Assembly (NCBI RefSeq): GCF_037042905.1
Contig: NC_087245.1
Span: 29,886,001-29,950,000, forward strand
DNA: 64,000 nucleotides
Reading direction: 5' to 3'
Source: Lytechinus pictus
Lineage: Eukaryota
Below the pieces are notes generated by a model. It was not told the origin of the DNA and did no database searches. It saw only the letters and a list, made by a program, of their open reading frames with translations. A program made the position numbers and the translations under genes. Shown here one piece after another: positions 23,650 to 36,130 of the stretch (its first letter is position 1; each line of letters begins with the position of its first letter).

Positions 23650-26600
23650 ACGGATGAACTGTTTGAAAATTGGCAGTGCCCGAAATGTATTCTCCAAAGT
23701 GTATTACCTTTTTGGAATGATCCTGATCTATCTACTGAAGTCGTGTATAACTGTAATAATATTTCTGTCGACGCACATGATGATATGTCAACCGAAACTA
23801 ATGATTTTGCTCTAAAAGATATTAAAGGTATAAAATTAGCTCATCTTAATGTCAGAAGCATTGTTAATAAAGTTGCTGATTTACAATGTTGGCTGAATAA
23901 TAACCCTTATGATCTACTAGGAGTGTCAGAAACATGGTTAACAAAAGAACATTCTGATAGCTTGATTTCTGTTAAAGGTTATAAGTTTGAGAGGAAGGAT
24001 AGATGTACTCATGGAGGTGGAGTGGGATGTTTTATATCAGAAAATTTATCGTATATAAGGAGATTGGATCTTGAATCTGTTGCCTTAGAAATAATTTGGT
24101 TGGAGTTGCAACGTAGCAATAGTAGCTCATTATTTATTGGTATACTGTATAGAAAACCGGATAATCATTTAGATTTTTTTGACAGTCTTGAAAGTAATCT
24201 TGAGAAATTGTATACAGTTACAAACAACGTCATCCTTCTTGGTGATTTTAACTGTAATATGCAAACCATAAATAATCTTTCTAGAAAAGTTTCCAGTCTC
24301 CTTACTACAATGCAAATGACACAGGTTATATCTGAACCCACTAGAATTTCACCACATAGCCAGTCAGTAATCGATTTGGTATGTATTTCTGATGCACTTG
24401 TTGACAATATTATTAAGTCAGGAGTGCAGCCCGGGGGGGCCACTTCCATTCACGAGTGGATACCATGCGCGACCATGGGGTCTCGAAAAGCACCCTAAAC
24501 ACGTAATTTCCATATTCTGAAAATGCACCCCTTAACAAGTATTGGCGTGTGAAACCCTACCCTTAACAAGTATTGGAAACAAAACGATACTCTTGGCAAA
24601 TATTCCCTGAAATCAACCCCTAAACAAGTACAGGAATGTTTTATTGTTACGGGTCCTTCGGTCGTCGACTTTACCTTATTTGGTTTAGTACGACCCCACC
24701 TTCTACACATCGCGCAAATCGGACTCTAAACACGAAGTGTTGGGGCAAAATGGACATCCTTTATAAAACTTTTTTTTTTTGGTTTTATCATTCCCGCAAA
24801 TTCGACCCTAAACACGTAATTTTCCTAGCGAAATAGACACCCTTTTTTCATTATTTTTGTGTTTTTGACACCCTTATCACGTTACGTACGTAACGTGCCC
24901 TATCGTGAAAAGGACATCCTTTTTACGTGTTTTTTTGGTCGCGCATGGTATCCACTCGTCAATGTAAGTGGCCCCCCCCCGGGGAGTGCAGTCAGCTGGA
25001 CTTAGTGATCACTCTGTGATTTTTACTGCAATTAAAGGGAAACATGAATCCTTTTCTCCGAAAATAACTAAATGTCGTTCATTCAAGTACTTTGACAGTG
25101 AGAAATTTAAAGATGATGTAAGGAAAGTTGATTGGCATGAGTTTTATTCCTGTGGGACTGACGTTGAAAAATTGTGGCACTACTTTAAAAACACACTCCT
25201 GGACATTTGTGACAGGCATGCCCCCGTGATATCAGTGCGGCAAAAACAAAGAGGGGTACCTTGGATAAATGATGATTTTTTGGTGTTAGCACGCGAAAGG
25301 GATTATTATCGAAAGCAATTTAGAAAAACAAGATTAATTTATTGGTGGAATAAATTTCAGTTTTCCCGTAACAGAGCTAATAACTTGATTAAAAATTTGA
25401 AAAAGAAGTATTATCAGGACAAATTTAAGGACTGCGAAAATGACATAAAAAAGAACTGGAACATTTTATCGAAGCTTATACCTAAGAAAAATAAAACCAC
25501 GAGTCATGATGTTAAATTAACAATTGATAATGATCAAATACCTAGCAATGAAATAGCTCACGTTCTAAACAAAGCCTTTAATGAAGTCGGCTCAAGGTTG
25601 CAAGCCGCTTCGGGTAATTTCTCGAAAGATTTATTAAACAATTTACAAACTCTGTTTATTCCAGATTGTGAATTTAAATTTTATGCAATCAAAAAGGAGT
25701 ATATGTTTTGAAAGAACTATTACATATTGATTGTTCGAAAGCGGTCGTAGTAGATGGCATTCACCCTAAGTTTCTTAAGCTGGCAGCAGAGAGTATAGCT
25801 GGCCCTTTAACCCATTTATTTAATGCAACTTTACAAACTAGTGTTATTCCAGAAGATTTTAAAACAGCAAGAATTACTCCTGTACATAAGGGAGGATCAT
25901 TTGATATTGACAATTATAGACCAATTTCTGTGCTTCCAGTCCTGTCCAAAATACTAGAGAGAGCAATACATGATCAATTGTATAAGTACTTAAATGTAAA
26001 TGGTCTACTTGCTAATTGTCAGTCTGGCTTCAGACCGTCTTATTCTACTGCCACTTGTCTAACTGAGATTACAGACTTTTTGAATGATAAAATGGACCGA
26101 AAACATGTTACTGGTGGTATTTTCTTGGACTTACGCAAAGCGTTTGATGTTATTCCTCACAATTTTATACTTGCAAAACTTACTGAGTATACTATATGAA
26201 TACAACTGGATGGAATCGTATTTAACAGACAGAAGGCAATTTGTAATGATTAACAATTGTCGCAGTGAATTTTTGAAGATAAAATCAGGTGTCCCACAAG
26301 GATCTATACTGGGTCCATTGATATTTTGTATTTTTATTAATGACATGTGTAATTTGAAATTGCATGTACATTCTAAAATGTCTCTTTATGCTGATGATAC
26401 CGCCATTTTTAATCACGGTGAATCAATTAAGGAGGTACAAAAGTATTTGCAAGATGATTTTGATTCAATAAGTAAATGGCTAGACTTAAATAATATGCAT
26501 TTACACCCGCAAAAAACAAAAGCCATGGTATTTGGTCAAAAGAAAAAGTTGAGGGGTGCTTATTTGTCAGTGAAATTCAGGAACATACAATTAGAAAATG

Positions 26601-27208
26601 TAAAAAAGATTAAATACTTAGGTGTCATGCTCGATCCGGGCTTGACTTGGTGCGAACATATTACTAATATCGTTTGTAAAATATCTCGGGCAATAGGTTG
26701 TGTAAGGCGGATTAAGCACTTACTGTCCTTTGATATTATGAAGAAGCTGTACTTTTCTATGGTTTTACCTTACATTGATTACTGTATTACATCTTGGGGA
26801 AGCAGTGCAAAAATACATTTAGATAAGATACAAAAACTTCAAAATAAATATGCCAGAATGCTTTTGAAAAAAGATTATAATACATCACAAATTTCTTTGT
26901 TGCAGTCACTGAAGTGGCAATCAGTAGATCAGCGTATAAAATATCAGTATTGTGTTCTTGTATATAAAATAATGAATGATTTAGTTCCAAATTATTTAAA
27001 ACCTTTAGTATGTAAACGGCCCGTGAAATACAGGACACGGTATTCTTTACGATGCCCCCTTCAGCTTCCCAAAGCTAGAATTGAACATAAAAGAAAATCT
27101 TTCGCATATGTCGGACCCAAATTATTTAATGCACTTCCTTCAAATTTACAAGTTTGTACCTCCTTGTTAGTTTTTAAAAAATTATGCAAAGCCTTTCATA
27201 CGAATTGA
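23650..27208 (+). pseudogene. Disrupted LINE ORF2 (APE endonuclease plus reverse transcriptase)
   Basis: ORFs 23602-24498, 24968-25711, 25708-26199 and 26084-27208 are consecutive pieces of one ORF2. Confidence 0.92.
24430..24983 (+). mobile_element. Intact CCCGG(G)n-ended MITE inserted in the LINE endonuclease domain
   Basis: TIR CCCGGGGGGGCCACTT; TSD GAGTGCAG (24422-24429, 24984-24991); removal restores in-frame SGVQSAGLSDH. Confidence 0.92.
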
Positions 27209-27611
27209 TAAAGAGCGAAATGATATTCCTTTGATTTACAATGCTAATATGTATGTTTAAATTGTCACTTCCCACTCTATATTTTGGTGTTAATTGTTTC
27301 TGATGTTAGATATTTAGTATTTTGTATTTTTGATGTTGTTTGTTGTTGTTGTTCATAGTTATCTTGACATGTATTTTAAACTGCAGCATGGGCGGAAATC
27401 CCAGGGGGGACAGGGGGGACGTGTCCCCCCTACTCAAAATAGTAGGGGGGACACAATACCAAATGTCCCCCCTACTATTTTGGTCTTTTATGATGGTAAG
27501 AAATACATAATTCTAAATCGAAATAAAACATGTATATTGGGACGAGATGACCTTACTTTGGCGATGATAACCTTTTTTTTTTGCTTGTCAAATTTTCCCG
27601 CCCCTTGTCCC

Positions 27612-29952
27612 TATAGGCAGATCCATGGTGCCGAGGGGCCCGCCCCCTTCTCTTGGCGGAGCAAAAATATGAAAAAGGGAAAGAAAGAAGGAAACAAGGA
27701 CACTCTTAAAAACGTTGGGCAACATACGGTCCACACAACAATTGGTTAAAACATTATCCAACTCTGGGTAGTTTTCAACCAATACTGTGTAGTTTTCACC
27801 AAAAGCACACATTATTGGTTTAAAGCTACTCAGAATTTGATAAAGTTTTAACCAATTGTTGTGTGGACCGTATGTTGCCCAACGTTTTTAAGAGTGGAGG
27901 GAAAAGAGAGGAGAAAAAGAAGAGGACGACGAGTGCATAAAATAAGATGAGGGGAAGACTTGGAAAATTAAAAGAATCTTTCATTCAATTCAATTCAATT
28001 CTTATATTTCATTTCCATTCAAAACATGCCACTATATAAAATTTTCGCTCGCGCTCGCATTGCCTGTTAGGTGATTTACCCAATCTTGTTCAATATGGAG
28101 TTCGAATATCAAGTTTGGAAGTCAACATACAAAACATATTTCACCTCGGAAAACGAACTTTCATTATTTTGTGTAATTTACAAATTGGTTTTTAAAAAGT
28201 GCTCTGTAAAAATGTCAGTTTTATGGTCTGAATGTTAACATTTGCTGCTTGCGCTGCGCGCGCTCAAAATTTGATTTATCAGGTACCTATTATTTATGTG
28301 TATTCCATAAAGTTTTCAAAATATTTTTTTTCTTTTTAGGTCTGATTGTCAAGACGTATCAGCTAGCGCGCTGCACGCTCGCAATTTGATTGGCGAGTTA
28401 TATAAATGTTTCAATATAGATTATACAACAAACTACTTAAAATCCCCTTTTCATGACAGTTTATCAAAAAGATTTAGCACGCGATTTGCGCTCGCATTAA
28501 TGGTTTAAAATATATTAACTGATGCATCCTATTCATAATCACAAATATGAAATGTCCAGTTTTTATGCCATGATATCATCAGATTTCGCGCCCTCATTAG
28601 GCATTATTAAATATGATATTAATTTAATAATTAAATTGTCCCTTTTGTTTCATCTCGCGCTTAGCAAGAGGAATAGGAAGATAGTCATTATTTTCATTTG
28701 ATGACATGTCGTAAGGATGTCCCGGTCCTATGTCAAAACTCAAAGTAATAATAATATCAGCTCTTTTTTAAGTGCAATCCATATCCACCTTACAATTTTT
28801 CTTCAAAGTGCTTGAAATATAAAGCTGAAATTTACTTTTTTTTCAGATCGGAATATCAAAGTTTCATGATTTTCATGATTAAAGTTGTATTTAGAATGCC
28901 TAGATTCTATAGGTCTTAATATGAAACACGCTCGGGCATGTTTATTCAGATACTCAACTTGTTCTCTAATTTAAATCATTATCCAATTTTTCTGCTCGCG
29001 CTTTGTGCTCGCATTATTAATGTAGGAAGACCCCATATTACTCATCATTTTGATGATATACAAAACATGAACAGAGTGGCCCATTTTTAGGTCTAAATCT
29101 CGAAAAAAAATTCTGCTCGCGCTTCGCGCTCGCATCAATCGTTAAATTATATAGCTATCCTGTTCACGATTACAAACACTGTTTAAAATTTTCCATTCTT
29201 TCTTCAGAAAGTTCAAAAATTTTCAGCTCGCGCTTCGCGCTCGCATTTTTTGATTGTTGAAATATGTAACGCCTTCATGGCTAAGTGCAAGCAGTCCACA
29301 GGTACCAGTTCAAAACGTATATAAAATTTTTCTGCTCGCGCTTTGCGCTCGCATTATTAATACTCCTCCTTTTCAGGATTTACAAAACGTGAATAGAGTG
29401 TCTCGTTTAGTAAAGATTATAGGACTAAATCTCGAAATTTTCCGCTCCCGCTTCGCGCTCGCATTAATCGATTACTTATATACCTATTATGCTCGAGTTA
29501 CAAAAAGTGCTTAGAATTTCCATTCTTTTGGTGAAAATGTAAATGAAATCGGCTCGCGCTTCCCGCTCTATTGTTTGATTGTTAAATTCTACTTAACAGG
29601 TATCTTTTCCATCAGTTCGTTCCTGCTCGCGCTTTGCGTTCGTAGTAATTATTAAGTTGCATACACATCTTTTTCAGGATAACAAACATTGCCCAGAATC
29701 AGTTCAAATTTCCAACAACAAAAAAAAAACATAAAATTTCCAAAAAAAATAGCTCGCGCTTTGCGCTCGCATCTTATAAATAAGGATTATGATATTATAT
29801 ATTAATATATAAGTATAAAGCTAAGAAGTGACTAATGAGGACTACCCCTTCAAAGAAACAAACAAAAATCATCTTCGAGCTGCCGATCGGGGAAAATATG
29901 GCTGAAACAAATTTCCGCCCCCCCCTATTGGCGAAGGCTGGATCCGCCCCTG
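27612..29952 (+). mobile_element. Non-autonomous TIR element with 6-bp TSD carrying an array of GCTCGCGCTTCGCGCTCGC units
   Basis: TIR TATAGGCAGATCC / GGATCCGCCCCTG; TGTCCC at 27606-27611 and 29953-29958; inverted sibling at 31179-32341. Confidence 0.8.
27701..27896. mobile_element. CACT-ended palindromic MITE (EnSpm/CACTA-like, 2-bp TSD)
   Basis: ~50-bp perfect TIR beginning CACTCTTAAAAACGTTGGGCAACATACGG; GA on both sides; absent from the sibling at 31179-32341. Confidence 0.85.
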
Positions 29953-31178
29953 TGTCCCCCCTACCTTTTGGGAGAGATTTCCGCCCCTGAACTGCAGGGC
30001 GCCTTTGTAAAGCAGTTCTAAGAACTGAACAGGCCTACCCTGCAGTATAAAATAAATAAAACAAAATAAATAAATAATAAATAAATAAATAATAAATAAA
30101 TAAACTGAAAAAATTGAATTGACAACTGATTAAGTGCATTAGTTATTCATTTTATAGAGACACATCATATTTTTACACACTGAAATGAAACAATTATGAT
30201 TTCATGTATAACGACATAAGAAAAAGGCAAGTGGGGATGCGACGTCATCAGCCCACCGAATGAATACTCATGAAGACATGCCCAGGGGGGTTGGAAATGC
30301 CTAGAGCTGTTTCACCGGAATAAAGCAAATCTTTAAAATTCAATAACTTCGTTATTTGTTATCCAATTCAATGAAATTTTCAGCATTTTGCTCTGTGAAT
30401 GTTACTCTATTTATTGCAGGGGTGGTAGAGCGAAGTTGAAAGTGGGGTGGGGGCACAGGGAAAAAAGGGCACCTTTTCTTTCAAAAGGGACATTATCTTA
30501 AACATGGCCGTATGCAGACGTTTTTTGCGGGGGAGCAGCAGCACGCATAAACTTTTTAGAAAAAACCTCGAAAGCGAGGGAGCGAAGCAACCGAGCTTAT
30601 CATTGAGGCGCACTTGTATTTTGTTAAGTGAAATTGATAAATATTGTACATACTTTTGGTGAACTTTGTGAAAATCTGCAGTAAAAAAAAAATGTGAGTG
30701 AGTGTGCGTACGGCCATAATCTTAAAATAAAGAAAAATCTTAATCTTAAAACAAAGAAAAAAAATGATCTACCCCACTCACATGACTCATAAAACTTAAG
30801 GCAATATTCAGAAAATAATATCATTCCCGAAAATGATAACTTCCTGGAATTTCGTGGATTCCATGAAGAGTGGAAGCACTGGAGGCACATGACACGTTCG
30901 TGGGGGTAATTTTTCTGAGGTAAGAAAGGGCACTGATACGAAAAAGGAAAAGTGGCACTGCATGCTAACGGCATAAAACGGATCCTTGTCAGGTGAAAGG
31001 GGCACAGGAAATGTTCGTGAGGGGCACTTTCTTTGGGTAAAAAGGGGCACTGATTCGAGAAGGGGCACTTACTAGAAGCACTTACTTGAAGGGAGCTCTT
31101 GCTCAGACATAACGTGTCCTTCTCAGGTAAAAAGGAGCACAGAACACGTTCGTGAGGGGGATTTTTTTGGTAAGATTA

Positions 31179-32341
31179 CAGGGGCGGATCCAGCCTTCGC
31201 CAATAGGGGGGGGGGCGGATTTTTTTTTCGGCCGCTCGAAGATGATTTTTGTTTGTTCCTTTGAAGGGGTAGTCCTAATAGTCACTTCTTAGCTTTATTC
31301 TTATAAAGCAACATAAATTATCATAATCCTTATTTATGTAATGCAATCGCGAAGCGCGAGCGATTTTTTTTTTTTTTGTATTTTGTCCTAAAATTCGAAC
31401 ATTCTGGGCAATGTTTATTTTCTTGAAAAAGATGTGTATGCAACTAAATAATTACTACGAACGCGAAGCGCGAGGAAAATTTTTGAAAAGCATGAAAAGG
31501 ATGAGTAGTTGGGGACCTTCCGTACAATAATAATTCGATAATTTCATAAAAAGTTACAACAGTTGTAACTCTTTATGAAATGGGCCCCTGATATTTTTCA
31601 TTATTGAGTTTTGACATATAGGACCGGGACATTCAAAGGACATTTTGTCATTATTCCTATTCTTATTCCTAAGCGCGAGATGAAACTTGTCGATATTCCA
31701 TTCTGAACAAAGGGACAATTTAATTATTAATCAAGTTATCAACTTATTTATTATTCCAATAAGCATATTGAGAACGCGAAATTTGTTAATATTATGGCCT
31801 GAAAACTGGACATTTCAAGCATTTTTGAAATTATTAATAGGATGCATGAGTTAATACATATTTTTAACAATTAATGCCAACGCAAATCGGAGCCGAATTT
31901 TTAGATAAACTGTCATGAAATGGGGATTTCAAGTAATTTGTTAAAGAGTTAATATTGAGATAATTATAAATTATCTCAATTTTTACAGAGCACTTTTTAA
32001 AAATAAATTTGTAAATCAAACAAAATAATGAAAGTTCGATTTCCGAGGAGAAATATGTTTTGTATAATGACTTCAAATCTTAATATTTTAAGCTCCATAT
32101 TGAGCAAGATATGTAAATCATCTAACAGGCAATGCGAGCGCGAAGCGCGAGCGAAAATTTTATAGTGACATGAATTTTTTCCCCAAGTCTTCCCCTCATC
32201 TTATTTTTATCACTTGTCTTCCTCATCTCATCTTTCCCCTTATTTTTTTCTCCTCTTTTTTTTTTCTTTCCCCCTTTTTTTTGCTCCGCCAATAGGGGGG
32301 GGGGGCGGGCCCCTCGGGCCCCCTGGATCGATCCGCCTATG
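31179..32341 (-). mobile_element. Internally deleted inverted sibling of 27612-29952
   Basis: TIR CAGGGGCGGATCC / GATCCGCCTATG; AGATTA at 31173-31178 and 32342-32347; collinear reverse-complement similarity. Confidence 0.8.
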
Positions 32342-32938
32342 AGATTAGGCACTGATACGAGATAATATCATGGCACTTGCTAACACACAAAACGGGTCCT
32401 CACCTCAGGTAAATTGCATTGGGCTTTTTGCATGGCTGCCCCCAGGGGCAGATCCAGGAATTTCCAAGGGGGGGGGGCACATTTTCCCCGAGGAAAACTT
32501 TGACAAGCAAACAAAAAGGTTTTAACAAAAAAATAAAGACATTTCGTCCACGAAAAAGTTTGACATGCCAAAAAAAGGTATTTTAAAAAGGTTTTTACAT
32601 TACATGTTTTAATTGTGCCTCTCTAAGGGAGGGGGGGGGGGGGGGGCACGGGCCGGCTTTGCCCCCCACCTGGATCCGCCGGCATCATTCCCCTCCCCAT
32701 CTCCCATTCCTCATCCTCCTCCTAGTAACTTAGGGAATTGGCCCCATGGCCGTGTAGACTGAAGGCGTAGTACAAAAGACATGGAACCTATATTCCCCCG
32801 AATAATTCTTGACTTTTACCATTAGGCCCTAATGCAAATTTTTACATCAAAATATATAGTTCTATGTCAATAATTTAACTTTTGAAAATAATAAGAATCT
32901 CGGCAGAACCTTGATGCAATAATTGACAATTATAGCCC

Positions 32939-32969
<31 letters not shown>

Positions 32970-33286
32970 GGGGGGGGGGGGATTATACATGGAGCCTATG
33001 GGACATAGGTCCCTGGCACCTGTATGCGTGATGGCTAGACGTCTGTGTAGTTTAGCACCAAAATAACAAATATGTTTAAAAAAAACTCCTCTAAACAGAC
33101 GAATTTCATGTATAATTCCATAATAATGACGCATTTGACGGGGCCAGACATGGCGTATGGGGCAAGTTGGCCTGATAAGCTGCGAGCGAGCGAAGCGATC
33201 GATTAAAAATCTTGACCTTTATTATAAAAATCTAATATTGTGACACATTTTGTCAAAATATTTAGGATAGGCCTTTTATCATTACT

Positions 33287-33386
33287 TCTCCCCCTTTCCT
33301 TTCTTTTTCTTTCTTTCTTCCCCCTTTCCTTTCTTTTTCTTTCTTTCTTCCCCCTTTCCTTTCTTTTTCTTTCTTTCTTCCCCCTT
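33287..33386. repeat. Pyrimidine-rich 30-bp tandem repeat (~3 copies)
   Basis: CTTCCCCCTTTCCTTTCTTTTTCTTTCTTT repeated. Confidence 0.85.
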
Positions 33387-33559
33387 TTATTTTCTTGGTC
33401 GTGAAAATTTTGTGGCGTCCATACAAGCACCCCCCATCTTTACGCCAGTGGGTCAGGGTTTATTGTAATTTGCCTCGCCCGGCGGATGCCTCGAGATAAA
33501 ATGCCCAGGAACATAATTATGTGTGCGATCGGATAGGGGTTTTCCCTTCCCTATTTCTC

Positions 33560-33712
33560 TTGGCGCTGGCACGGCTCACTCAGCTGTGTTTACGTTTTCA
33601 GAATTTCGCGCGAAAACTGAAGAAAACACGTGTTCGTAAATTCACTCGCGCGCTCGCCCCCGCACACAACTAATAGCTGCGGGAGGCGCTGAAGCGGTGT
33701 TTTTGAATAAAC
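33560..33712 (+). promoter_or_regulatory. MSH6 proximal promoter/5' UTR with E2F and CDE/CHR-like sites
   Basis: CpG-rich; palindromic TTTCGCGCGAAA 33604-33615; GCGG-N4-TTTGAA 33694-33707; AACATGGCG start context. Confidence 0.6.
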
Positions 33713-33863
33713 ATGGCGACCTTATTCTCGTATTTTACCAAGATACCAGGTAAAAAGACAGATAAAACATCACCCAAAGCAGGGGACAAGGCAGAAACAG
33801 ATAAACCCGTTTCACCTCAAGAGAGTGCAAAGGAAAAAATATCGTCAAAATCTGTTTTTACAA
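33713..33863 (+). CDS. MSH6: DNA mismatch repair protein MSH6, coding exon 1
   Basis: MATLFSYF resembles the MSH6 N-terminal PIP box; GTAAGT donor at 33864; phase 1 fits exon 2. Confidence 0.88.
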
Positions 33864-34338
33864 GTAAGTATAGAGACGAGTACCAATGCCGTGCTACCGG
33901 CTACAGCCTACAGTACGGCACCTGGGCTGGGGGTTTAGCCATTACAGGTACGTGCGATTTGAATTACTTTGATTTGTCACAGAATGGTGATGTCCTTATT
34001 GAACATGTGTGCATAAGAATTGCTTGCAGTTGCACCGAGAATAGTATTGGCCTCCCGTGTGAAGGGGGGGGGGGGGGGGGAGCTGGAGTCGAGCTAGAAG
34101 TAGACTAGAAGTGCTGATGACATGGACATGGTGTGAGACTACTGAGAGAAGGAAGGTTTTCATATTTTGTACAGAACAATGAATTCAGCCAGGGATATTC
34201 TTTGTAAAAACCGGGTGTCTGGATTTTAAAAATGTGCTATGTCTTAGTAAGACTAGTAAGACAATGAAGATAAATAATTTTCAGTCTTTTCAGAGTGTCT
34301 AAGTCAGGATTGCGATATTTTTTGAAAAATCGCAATTA

Positions 34339-35355
34339 GAGTAAAGTGCCCAAACATCGGACACTTAACTCTTAAGCACAATTGGACCAAAACAAAAATA
34401 CAATCATTGAATTAAATAAAAATCATGTTTATTTCCGTTGTACAAATATTGAATATTAATGTCATAAAAAATTGAATCGAAAAAATTATGGTAAACGGAA
34501 ATTATTTACTTACTACCAGCTGAGGCTTGTTTTTTTCCAAAAATCTGATGCAGTTTCCTAATATCGGACGTGTAGACAGTAGAGCTGTGCGCCGCGATCA
34601 ATTTCGGCGATTTAAATCGCGCTCTAGACCCCAAAATAATTGCTTAATTGTTGATAAAATAATTCATTTTAGCTGGGCAAATGCCGATTTTAATTATTAC
34701 TAGTATCAATTTTGATATAGAAATAAAAAAATAATGATAATTTACTTTTTAATACCAAACGGACTACATCAATTTTGATATAGAAATAAAAAAATTATGA
34801 TAATTTACTTACCAAACGGCTCTGAACATTGGACGTCTTCGCTCAGTTGCGCGCGACTTTGTTCTGAAAACGAGCGCGCCCGCGTCAACAGCATGCATTT
34901 CCCATTCAATTGGCCGATATGTCCGATGTTTGGGATTGTGCCATATTTGGAAGGGTGTGGAATTTCCCGCCGTAAGGAACCCCTGCGGAGGCCATTGCAG
35001 TTTTTTTGCTATGGATCGAACATGTGCGATCTCAGCAGCGATATTTCCGGCGGAAAATCACTTCCCCCCTTACAAGATTTTTTTTGGTCATCGATCTTTT
35101 GGAGTCCATAATTAGCGAGGGCCATAAGAATATTTGGAAGTCAAAATCATGGATTCTACCCCTGGATTTAACCCCTGGAATATTTTTTTTGAGCAGCAAC
35201 TTTGATCTACTGTGTGTGCAGTTCAGTGGCAGGTATGTTCATGTATCTTATGCATTAAAGTCCCATGCCAGTGCGGGTCCCTGTAGTTATGGGGAGGGGG
35301 TTGAAGTCATTTTCGTCCGATATTTGGAACTGTCCGATGTTTGGCTACTTTACTC
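34339..35355. mobile_element. TA-flanked non-autonomous DNA transposon
   Basis: ~25-bp TIR GAGTAAAGT..CCAAACATCGGACA; TA on both sides; internal ATCGGAC/GTCCGAT repeats. Confidence 0.75.
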
Positions 35356-36130
35356 TAGATCTACAGGCCGCAAAAAAGAAGAATAAAATTGAGATTCTAA
35401 TAGATTTTCAGCATTTTTCTGCCACACAAATAAAAATGTTCAGCTTTCGAGAGTTGTTATTGTTAAAAATGTATTCTTCTTGATGACAAAAACTTGTCCA
35501 CAGAGTGTCAAGCTAGATAGGTAGGACAAAAGCAAAACCAAAAAACGAAACAGCATTTCTACTAAAAAGGATTACCTAATAATATAGATCTATTCTTTAT
35601 TAGCATTATTATCATAGACATTGCTCAAAACTTACCTGAAATTTTCCTAAATAGTGAAAAATAAGGCTTGAAAATACTCCATAAAATGTGCCTGGAAATG
35701 CATGTAGCATATTGGTCCGTCCCTATAGGCTATACTGTGTGGGCTTGTGGATAAAAATAGGTATTTTACAGTCAGTCTTTATGCTGACCTAGACTGTTTG
35801 AGCCTCTGTGAGGAGCCGTGGAAATGTGTTATTGATAGATATTCAATTTGGCTGCCAGAAAATGTGAAGAAGTCGTTACGTTTAACTACATTGTTCACTC
35901 ATAATATAGAAAAAAAAATTGAGGCCCTATTGACTTTTTGGACACATGTCTACAGCACAAATCTAGTGCCATTGCCTACCCTAGTCAAGATAGTAAATTT
36001 TACCCTCTCTCTGATGGTATGATTTTGTTTTTAATTTGAAAATCAGATCACAGTGTAAAATTGTGACAAAGTGAAAAAATTGTGCCAAATGGAAATTCAA
36101 TTTTCCCAGGTGTTGTCATATACTGGACAG

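Larger units (their letters stand above)
27387..29989. mobile_element. hAT-like element with 8-bp TSD in the LINE 3' UTR, hosting further insertions
   Basis: TIR CATGGGCGGAAATC / GATTTCCGCCCCTG; TSD AACTGCAG (27379-27386, 29990-29997). Confidence 0.85.
23648..30103 (+). mobile_element. 5'-truncated CR1/L2-group (Crack/L2-like) non-LTR retrotransposon
   Basis: PHD remnant WQCPKC; APE motifs HLNVRS, SETWL, LGDFN, SDH; RT motifs YRPIS, QSGFR, FLDLRKAFD, GVPQGSILGP, YADDT; frameshifts near 25708 and 26190; 3' stem-loop CAGGGC..CCCTG and (TAAA)n tail. Confidence 0.93.
23397..30415. mobile_element. Second TTAA-associated palindromic MITE, split by the LINE (arms ~23397-23645 and ~30104-30415)
   Basis: Left arm (GGCATGTCTTCATGAATATTCA...CCCCACTTG) is the reverse complement of ~30226-30400; starts at the TTAA shared with the previous element. 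Confidence 0.6.

Noticed and set aside
28040..29775. CRISPR-like array of palindromic repeats with spacers
   Set aside because: Eukaryotic context, no cas genes, spacers of ~90 bp that are related to each other, and the array sits inside a TIR element; it is a diverged tandem unit.
33203..33430. Lys/Arg-rich repeat protein ORF
   Set aside because: Translation of a 30-bp pyrimidine tandem repeat.
33864..34108. C-terminal part of the 131-aa ORF at 33713
   Set aside because: Read-through into intron 1 past a GTAAGT donor whose phase matches exon 2.
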